From NCBI GenBank assembly GCA_050293845.1, contig JBNKNM010000145.1, forward strand, positions 1-14,297: a stretch of DNA of 14,297 nucleotides, in the 5' to 3' direction. The notes below the pieces were generated by a model that did no database searches, was not told the origin of the DNA, and saw only the letters and a list, made by a program, of their open reading frames with translations. Shown one piece after another: positions 7,320-14,297 of the stretch; within the stretch, counting starts at the first letter, position 1; the number at the start of each line of letters is the position of its first letter. Both the position numbers and the translations under genes were made by a program. This DNA is from Pseudobacteriovorax sp. GTDB lineage: Bacteria; Bdellovibrionota_B; Oligoflexia; Oligoflexales; Oligoflexaceae.

Positions 7320-7868
7320 TTAGTGTTTTAGCAGAACTTTTGCTGCAGCTTTGGCATCTTTTGCAGCATCTAAGTCACCTAGAACCTGGCTCAGGACTAT
7401 GGCTCCTTCAGTAAGCAGGCACAATTGCTTAGCAAGTTTCACGTCATTCTTATACCCTCCTTCCTTTAATAGTTTGGTAATCATTAAGGCCAAATCTCTT
7501 TTGTGTTGCTGGCACATGTCGATCAGAGAGCTCTGGGTTTTGCCCATTTCGGCCACGGTGTTGATAAAGTAACAGCCCCTATAGGTTTCGCCGTGGAACC
7601 AAATATCCAAGGCATCAAAGATAGCTAGCAGCTTATCTATTGGTTTGTCGTACATGGCTACTTGGGTGGCTACGATCCCATTAAAGTTCTGGTCCTGTAG
7701 CTCTAAGGTAGCTGCTATCAACTCATTCTTGCTTTTAAAGTGGTTGTAGAGAGTCATCTTCGCCACGCCAGACTCTTTAAGAACTTTGTCGATCCCAGTG
7801 GAATGAATCCCGTCCTTGTAGAAAAGTCTAAGGGCTGTTTTAATTAGGTGTTCTCTCTTTGCACTCAC
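7320..7868 (-). CDS. TetR/AcrR family transcriptional regulator
   Basis: GTG start with AGGAGG RBS (7879-7874); HTH TGIDKVLKESGVAKMTLYNHFKSKNELI; RGCYFIN motif in the C-terminal domain. Confidence 0.93.
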   Translation of the reverse strand: MSAKREHLIKTALRLFYKDGIHSTGIDKVLKESGVAKMTLYNHFKSKNELIAATLELQDQNFNGIVATQVAMYDKPIDKLLAIFDALDIWFHGETYRGCYFINTVAEMGKTQSSLIDMCQQHKRDLALMITKLLKEGGYKNDVKLAKQLCLLTEGAIVLSQVLGDLDAAKDAKAAAKVLLKH

Positions 7869-7878
7869 TAGGGCCTCC

Positions 7879-7917
7879 TATACAGACCAGTCTGTATATT
7901 TAACGGCTTCTTGTCAA
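7879..7917 (-). promoter_or_regulatory. TetR promoter with overlapping autoregulatory operator
   Basis: TATACAGAC-CA-GTCTGTATA (7879-7898) has the same arms as 7280-7299. TTGACA (7917-7912) lies 17 nt from a weak -10 CAGACT (7894-7889) inside the operator. Confidence 0.8.
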
Positions 7918-7949
7918 GAAAAATTTAGCCGCCTTTATGAAAAACCTGA

Positions 7950-7996
7950 GCTGAGAAAAAAATCAACTATTATAGTTAGTTAATTTTTTTCTCAGC
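7950..7996. repeat. 47-bp inverted repeat
   Basis: GCTGAGAAAAAAATCAACTA (7950-7969) against TAGTTAATTTTTTTCTCAGC (7977-7996): 19 of 20 positions pair, 7-nt loop. Confidence 0.75.
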
Positions 7997-8439
7997 GCTT
8001 CCCTCCTTGTGTTGGAGTCTAGAACTCATCCTTGGTCCTCGGTATTGATTTAGATAATGGCCGAAAAGTCGCGATCTTAGTTTAACTAATAGTAATAATG
8101 TGACTTTCGTCGTTTGGATTTCAAAACTATCAATACTCACCCATGGCCAACTTTTCAACAGAACTCAAGGAAGGTAGAGGTAGCTAATCTACTGAAATCT
8201 AAAGATAATTTAATAAATGCGGTTTTATGGTAAAAAAAATCATGAAGTCCAATAGATTATCGTAATCAAGTAACGAATATAGAACCCCCCCCTCTCATGA
8301 ACGGCATCAGCTACTACTTTCAATACATTGAATTAATATACTTTTTAGTAATGAGCTTAACTTTTTTAAAAACACTGACGAGTATGGAAACATAATTAAT
8401 GTAGTTTCAACTTTGTAAAATTCGGAGTTCAGATATTAT

Positions 8440-11400
8440 ATGAGTTTTAGCCCTCCGGAATACTATATTGAGAAAAAAGTTCATCAAAATGATCGGTACA
8501 CCGTCTATGAAGCGGTAAATATAAAGACACAGAAGAAATGCTTTTTAAAAACATTTACTGAAGAAGTTCCTAAAAAATCCGAAATTGAAAGATTAAGAGA
8601 AACTCATAGGATTATGTCTTGCTTCAAAGGTCCACAATTCATCTCTGTTGGATCAATTAATGAGTATGAGAATCGTATCTATTTTGAGATGAAATCTCCA
8701 GCAGCTACCCCTATCGTTCAAGAGTTTGAAAAACTCCAATTAGATCAGCGACTTCAAATGTTTATGAAACTAGCACCTAAAATCGTGAGGATTCTAGGGC
8801 AAGTCCACCAGAAAGTCTTCATTTTATTAAGTATCAATGCCAACCATTTTCATGTACTAGAAGACCTCTCCAATGTAATCATTTATAATTTTGACTCGGC
8901 AATTCCATTTGGAACAATCCCAATCAACGTTTGGCAAAATAACATTTCCTATCTTTCACCTGAACAGACAGGAAAAACAGCGCTAAGCATTGATTTCAGG
9001 AGCGACATATATTCATTGGGAATAGTTTTCTACGAACTACTAGCTGGTCATGTCCCTTTTGTATACGATGAGCCTCATCAAATCATCCAAGCTCATCTTA
9101 ATGAAGTACCAACTAGTATATCTGAATATAATAGCTTGGTACCTCATCAACTAGTACAAATTATAAATCGAATGATGGAAAAAAATCCAAGTAATCGTTA
9201 CCAGAGCTGCTACAGTCTTGCCGCAGATTTAAACACCTGCATTAGTCAACTCTCCAAAGATGAGAGAATTACCACATTTCAAATGGGAGTAAATGATCGA
9301 TCTGCAGTATTCGACAAAACTTCACTAGAAGAAGTGTTTTCACCAAAACAAAAAGAAGTTCTTAACGATGAATATTGTAGTCTTTTAAAAAAAATCTTTC
9401 CTTTCTCTACAGAAGTTGAGAAAGTAGCATCTATATTAAAAGAAAAATGTGGCTCAAGCAGCAGGGACTGGAAAGAATTTTTATACAAAGCTTATCTTAA
9501 AAATTATGTATTCTTTAATAATGAGAGTGGAAACTGGGAGTTTGACTTAGAGGCAATTTCTGGTGAATTTGTATCTGATTCTATGGTTGATATTCTTTAT
9601 AATAAAGCTTATCAATACAAAGATAATGTTTTGCTTCTTACAGCAGCCTTATTCGATATATTTTTTGAGCCCGAACAGGTACTTTCAGTACTCGAAAAGT
9701 ACCAAGAGTCAGAAATTAGTAGTGAATCGTTCCATGATGCTATTAAAACTGGTCTTTTAATAAAGCCTTATAAAGCTAAAAAAAAACATTCTCATTTGTC
9801 ATTTGCTCACGAAAAGATTCGCAAACTTGTAAATGGCTGGTTAAAACCGAACCAAGCCTCAGAATTAAACAGACTCATCGGGAAGTCCTATATTGATAGA
9901 TACAATCAGTCAAAAGAAATCCATGACCTCATAACTGCAACAAAGCATTTCAATCAAGTAATCCCTGATGATTTATCGGAAAAGTGTTCCATTGATCTCA
10001 TCGATAGTAACTTTCAAGTATCTCTTTACTTACAGGATATTTCACAATTTAAACAAGCTATTTCATTTGCCAAAAAAGCTAAATTATTAGCTGATAAGTG
10101 GTTATTGGAAGAAAACAAGGATAAGTGGTTTGATTTAAACTATAATTTTTTATCGATACAACTTGCATCGTCAATTGTCGATAATTTCAAAGCCCATTCA
10201 GAATACATTCTTTCAAAAGAACTTAGTTCATTTCAAAGACTCAAAATATTGCTCTCACGAGCAATGTTTTTTGCAAGCCAGGGGAACATCGCCTCGAGCA
10301 ATCAAGAGTATCTTAAAGCCTTTCATCTCTTAGGTATAGAGACCCCTGATCAAATAGAAAGTGCCACAAAAGATGAAATATACTCTTCATTGATTTCATA
10401 TCTAGATGGGGATTTCCCCAAAAATTACTCTGAAAATGAAGAATTTTTAGTAAGATCTCTTGTTTTTCCAAATGGCGCGATTTCCTATTGGATGCAAGGT
10501 AAACTAGAAGAAGGTCGAGCCTTAGCATATTTATCATTGATACTGCAGATGAAGCAGATTGAGATCTGCCCTGACTTTCTGCGTCACATAGCAACGGTAT
10601 CAATGCACCACAGTCTATACAAAGGTGATGTCAGCTACTTTCTCAACCCAGGAAAGTTTATTTACTCATTTTTAGATGGTAGAACATTTGCAGGAATATA
10701 TGAGCTTTGCTATGTAGTGACAACCATGATTGCCCCCTATTTTGCATCATGGGAAGAATTATCAAACAGAAACGAATTTTATTACAGAAAGGCCCTGTTA
10801 AATGGTGAAATTGGTGCCGCAGGAAATCTAGCTGCGGTTTCATGGATTTGGGACAAAGAGACAAATCTTGAACTATGTAACAAAAAATCGGAACGAAAAA
10901 TAGAGCTAATACGTGAGTTGAAGCTAAAAGATGCCTATAATAGTAGCATCCGATACCATAACTTTCGTGAAGCCCTTATGGGTCGTACAAATTCGCCAAC
11001 CAGCTTAACAAACCATCTTTTAGAGGAAGAATCACATTTTAATGACCTTGTAAAGAGAAATTCGCAATTAGCAATTGGCCAGTTTAAAATGCTAAAAGGC
11101 ATATTATATTATTTTTTTGGTCAATATGAACTAGCATTTAAAACTCTTTCAGAGTGCATTAATAGCATCAGACACACGTCTCACTTCAATAATATTGAAG
11201 CATCTTTGTATTACTATCTATCAGCCTGCGAGTGTGGGATTAATGATGATTCTGTTGAAAGGTCCATTGCTTTTATAACAAACATCACTCAGGCTAATCC
11301 ACAAAAATTCCAATTCCTTGAAAATATTTGCAAGAGCCAAATCTATGCTGATGGCGGAAGCTATAAAGAAGCGTTCAACCTACTAGATGAAGCTATTGAT

Positions 11401-13656
11401 TTGTGCTTTGATTTAGGTTTACTAAGATATCAAGCTCTCATTGCAGAGCTTGGATGTAATCTTGCTATCAAGACAGGAATGAAACGTAGAGCTCAAAAAT
11501 ACGCCATTGAAGCTGTTCGCTTATATCAAGAATGGGGGGCGACAGCAAAAGCTTCCTATTGTTATGATAAATATTCTGATATTATGCCTCGTTTGGAGTT
11601 CGTCAAACTATATCAGAGTACAAATAGCATTAGCAATCTTGATATCAATGTCCTAAATCAGGCAGCCCAAAATATTTCAAAAGAAGTAAAAATCAATAAA
11701 TTACTATGTGAGTTACTTAAAACAGTTCAAAATCTTTCAGGAGCAACCAAAGTTGTCTTTGTTAGATGGGATTATGATACTAACAAATATATAGCGCAGG
11801 GATATATCGAACTGGATGATGAAGTTAACATCTTAAATAAAGACGCTCTTTTGCTATTGCCAGCTTCTGTTATTAATAAGATTTCTGTTAGCAATCAAAC
11901 ATTGATAATCAATGAAGCCGAAAAAAACCCTTTGACCAAGTCAGATAGCTTAGTTCGAGAAAAAGGCATACACTCTATTTTGTTGACACCTATTGTCAGT
12001 CGAGGTCGAGAAAATGCTTTTTTATACCTGGAGCATAATAAAATCCCTTTTTTCTTCACAGACGAAAAAGTTAAATACATTGAAATCATACTGGGGCAAG
12101 CAGCGATTTCCTTGGAAAATGCTAAGGTATATCGTGAAATGAAGAATATCATTAAAGAGCGGACTCTAAGTTTGACAGAGAAAACTAATGATATTAAATC
12201 TATCCTGAAAAATATAAATCAAGGAATATTTATGATAGTAGCAGGGAACCTCATTCACCCTGAATACTCACATCAACTTGAATCGATACTCGAATCCAAG
12301 AACTTCGCCAATAAAAATGTTATTGACATATTATTTTCACAATCTAATTTAAACAGAGAAAACATTTATCAAATCCAAGAAGCATTGACGTTAGTTATAA
12401 ACGAGTTATATTTAAACTTTGAGGCCAATAACCACATTTTACCATCAGAATTCATTTTTAAGTCAAAAAAAAATGGAAACAGAATCATTGAGATTAACTG
12501 GCAGGCAATTATTTCAGATGATTTAGTTGATAAAGTGCTTGTAATTTTAAGGGATGTAACTGAACTAAGAACTTTACAAGTGGAAACAGATGACCGAAGG
12601 AAAGAAATTGAAGCCTATGCGAACCTTATGAATCATGGTGCAAATAAAATTATAGATTTTCTTAATACAACTCTATCTCATCTAAATGAGAGCATGAGTA
12701 GGGTTTCAGTGCAATGTACAAATGAAGATATTTCCATAATTTTTAGGAATATTCATACCATAAAGGGTAATGCGAGAGTTTTTGGGTTTACCTATATTTC
12801 TATATTATGTCATAAACTAGAAGAGAAACTTTCTCTATGGCGTAAAAAATCGGTAGATGTTGATGATGAAACTATAATTGATGACATCATACAGATTACG
12901 AAAGACGTGCAATATTACGAAAAAATAGTACGTGAAAATGCCAGAAAACTGGATTCTAATAATAGTCAAAATTTTGGTAAAATAATTAAAATACAAAACT
13001 TAATAGAAGAAAGTACTGACTCTAAAGATACTTTACGTCATATACTTAACTTGTGCTCTGATATAACAAGTAATACGATGGAAAAAATTCTTGATGATGC
13101 TACTCACGATCTTTCTGAATTGGCAAATAAACTCCATAAAGCAGCTCCACAAGTTACCATTAATGATCCAAGTCAAGCTAGGTTTTCTTATAGGCAGAGC
13201 ATTATAATCAAAGATATATTCGTGCATATATTTCGTAACTCCTTATATCATGGCATTGAAAAGCCAGAGATTCGATCTCATAAAAACAAACCTCCATACG
13301 GTAACATAGATATAGATATTCGTCCCCACTCAGAATATATAAGTATTGAAATTTCAGATGACGGTGTAGGCTTAAATCTTGTCGCCCTGAATAATAAACT
13401 AAATAAGAAATTCATTTCAGATGAAGACTTAGCAGAAAAAATATTTGAATCAGGAATTTCTACTACCAGCCATGTTTCCGAAATCTCTGGTCGAGGAGTT
13501 GGAATGTATGCTATAAGATCGTTTCTCATAAATATAGGTGGAAATGCCAAAATTATATTTAAAGGTCCTAGAGACTCTAAGGGATTCAGAAAGTTTTCAC
13601 TTAAAATAACTCTTCCTATCAACAATACAAAAAACCAAATAGGTTTAGTTGTATGA
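8440..13656 (+). CDS. Multidomain sensor kinase: Ser/Thr kinase-like, helical/TPR-like, GAF, PAS-like, Hpt, CheA-type HATPase
   Basis: Kinase C-lobe YLSPEQTG, DFRSDIYSLGIVFYELLAG, KNPSNRYQS. GAF about 11635-12132 (LYLEHN...QAAISLENA). PAS-like region ending LRDVTE. Hpt FRNIHTIKGNAR (His1439). CheA N box HIFRNSLYHGIE, G1 DDGVGL, IFESGIST, G2 SGRGVGM. Confidence 0.92.
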   Translation: MSFSPPEYYIEKKVHQNDRYTVYEAVNIKTQKKCFLKTFTEEVPKKSEIERLRETHRIMSCFKGPQFISVGSINEYENRIYFEMKSPAATPIVQEFEKLQLDQRLQMFMKLAPKIVRILGQVHQKVFILLSINANHFHVLEDLSNVIIYNFDSAIPFGTIPINVWQNNISYLSPEQTGKTALSIDFRSDIYSLGIVFYELLAGHVPFVYDEPHQIIQAHLNEVPTSISEYNSLVPHQLVQIINRMMEKNPSNRYQSCYSLAADLNTCISQLSKDERITTFQMGVNDRSAVFDKTSLEEVFSPKQKEVLNDEYCSLLKKIFPFSTEVEKVASILKEKCGSSSRDWKEFLYKAYLKNYVFFNNESGNWEFDLEAISGEFVSDSMVDILYNKAYQYKDNVLLLTAALFDIFFEPEQVLSVLEKYQESEISSESFHDAIKTGLLIKPYKAKKKHSHLSFAHEKIRKLVNGWLKPNQASELNRLIGKSYIDRYNQSKEIHDLITATKHFNQVIPDDLSEKCSIDLIDSNFQVSLYLQDISQFKQAISFAKKAKLLADKWLLEENKDKWFDLNYNFLSIQLASSIVDNFKAHSEYILSKELSSFQRLKILLSRAMFFASQGNIASSNQEYLKAFHLLGIETPDQIESATKDEIYSSLISYLDGDFPKNYSENEEFLVRSLVFPNGAISYWMQGKLEEGRALAYLSLILQMKQIEICPDFLRHIATVSMHHSLYKGDVSYFLNPGKFIYSFLDGRTFAGIYELCYVVTTMIAPYFASWEELSNRNEFYYRKALLNGEIGAAGNLAAVSWIWDKETNLELCNKKSERKIELIRELKLKDAYNSSIRYHNFREALMGRTNSPTSLTNHLLEEESHFNDLVKRNSQLAIGQFKMLKGILYYFFGQYELAFKTLSECINSIRHTSHFNNIEASLYYYLSACECGINDDSVERSIAFITNITQANPQKFQFLENICKSQIYADGGSYKEAFNLLDEAIDLCFDLGLLRYQALIAELGCNLAIKTGMKRRAQKYAIEAVRLYQEWGATAKASYCYDKYSDIMPRLEFVKLYQSTNSISNLDINVLNQAAQNISKEVKINKLLCELLKTVQNLSGATKVVFVRWDYDTNKYIAQGYIELDDEVNILNKDALLLLPASVINKISVSNQTLIINEAEKNPLTKSDSLVREKGIHSILLTPIVSRGRENAFLYLEHNKIPFFFTDEKVKYIEIILGQAAISLENAKVYREMKNIIKERTLSLTEKTNDIKSILKNINQGIFMIVAGNLIHPEYSHQLESILESKNFANKNVIDILFSQSNLNRENIYQIQEALTLVINELYLNFEANNHILPSEFIFKSKKNGNRIIEINWQAIISDDLVDKVLVILRDVTELRTLQVETDDRRKEIEAYANLMNHGANKIIDFLNTTLSHLNESMSRVSVQCTNEDISIIFRNIHTIKGNARVFGFTYISILCHKLEEKLSLWRKKSVDVDDETIIDDIIQITKDVQYYEKIVRENARKLDSNNSQNFGKIIKIQNLIEESTDSKDTLRHILNLCSDITSNTMEKILDDATHDLSELANKLHKAAPQVTINDPSQARFSYRQSIIIKDIFVHIFRNSLYHGIEKPEIRSHKNKPPYGNIDIDIRPHSEYISIEISDDGVGLNLVALNNKLNKKFISDEDLAEKIFESGISTTSHVSEISGRGVGMYAIRSFLINIGGNAKIIFKGPRDSKGFRKFSLKITLPINNTKNQIGLVV

Positions 13657-14291
13657 ATAAAAAGTTTCAATATTATTTCGCATTTGGAGCTAATATGGAT
13701 GTGGAATTCCTAACGGAAGTACGTAAAATAAATGTACTTTCTCATACTCCTGGAATCCTTGAAGGAGCTAAAATCGTATTCGAAGCTCCCGGTATACCCT
13801 TTCTTGAGCCTGTATTTGCTTCAGTAAAACCAGTTCATGGGTCAGAAGTGCATGGTGTGATTTATAAAATATTTTCAAAGGATTTACCTATGTTAAATTT
13901 GCATGAAGGAGGTAATGCCTATGAAATGATGACTACTGATCTTGTATCGTATAGTGGGAAAGTTTATACTTGCTTCTTCTTCGTTTCAAAGAAACATGTT
14001 TTGGGTGAGTTGCCAAGCAAGAGATATGTAAATAAGATAATTAAAGCCGCAAAAAAATCTCAGTTATCAAGTTCATACATCAATCAATTAGAGTCTTCAT
14101 GTGTATTGCACTCCAAACTCTCAGAGATCTTGGGAGCAAAAGCGATGAAATTCATGGGACTATTATTTAAGAAAAAAATAATGAATTCAAAGCGAATTTT
14201 TTGGATTTGGACACATTGCATGAGAAAAAATCTATACTCACTTGATTGGAATTTCGATGAGAACGCTCATGAACTTAAGTGTATTAAATAA
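13653..14291 (+). CDS. Gamma-glutamylcyclotransferase-like (GGCT/AIG2 fold) protein
   Basis: N-terminal YYFAFGANM (cf. YFAYGSN), VHGVIY, LNLHEG (catalytic Glu position) and PSKRY. The start overlaps the kinase stop (ATGA, 13653-13656). Confidence 0.85.
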   Translation: MNKKFQYYFAFGANMDVEFLTEVRKINVLSHTPGILEGAKIVFEAPGIPFLEPVFASVKPVHGSEVHGVIYKIFSKDLPMLNLHEGGNAYEMMTTDLVSYSGKVYTCFFFVSKKHVLGELPSKRYVNKIIKAAKKSQLSSSYINQLESSCVLHSKLSEILGAKAMKFMGLLFKKKIMNSKRIFWIWTHCMRKNLYSLDWNFDENAHELKCIK

Positions 14292-14297
14292 TTTTTC

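Noticed and set aside
8387..8408. GAAAC-N12-GTTTC upstream of the kinase as an operator
   Set aside because: 5-bp arms are expected by chance in AT-rich DNA.
4138..13670. Remaining small nested or antisense ORFs (4138, 4358, 5683, 7351, 7976, 9279, 9563, 10313, 10658, 11895, 13033, 13278)
   Set aside because: All but one lie within well-supported genes and have no motifs; 7976-8158 is intergenic but has a TTG start and no recognisable features.
1..14297. CRISPR array, rRNA/tRNA, intact transposase, retron or defence system
   Set aside because: No regularly spaced repeat-spacer units, RNA gene structures, transposase motifs or RT (YADD) core were seen. The 'Abi' label of the CPBP family is not evidence of phage defence.

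Overview
Bacterial accessory region downstream of the 3' end of pyruvate phosphate dikinase (ppdK, 2-142, absent from the ORF track). Intact genes: a lipoprotein with Ca-binding DxDxDG repeats and GLUG-type repeats; a TetR regulator divergent from a CPBP membrane protease plus a probable outer-membrane protein; a TetR plus CMD/AhpD (CxxC) pair with two palindromic operators; and a 1738-aa sensor translationally coupled to a gamma-glutamylcyclotransferase-like gene. The sensor is the most unusual element: Ser/Thr pseudokinase, helical/TPR-like region, GAF, PAS-like, Hpt and CheA-type ATPase, apparently lacking both the P-loop NTPase of its parent family and the CheW-like P5 domain of CheA. The intergenic DNA holds decayed material not explained by the ORF track: the 3' end of a group II intron (frameshifted maturase, domains V and VI), a frameshifted CBM6 fragment, a probable receiver-domain pseudogene and several long palindromes. 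All family calls come from reading motifs by eye; no searches were run.
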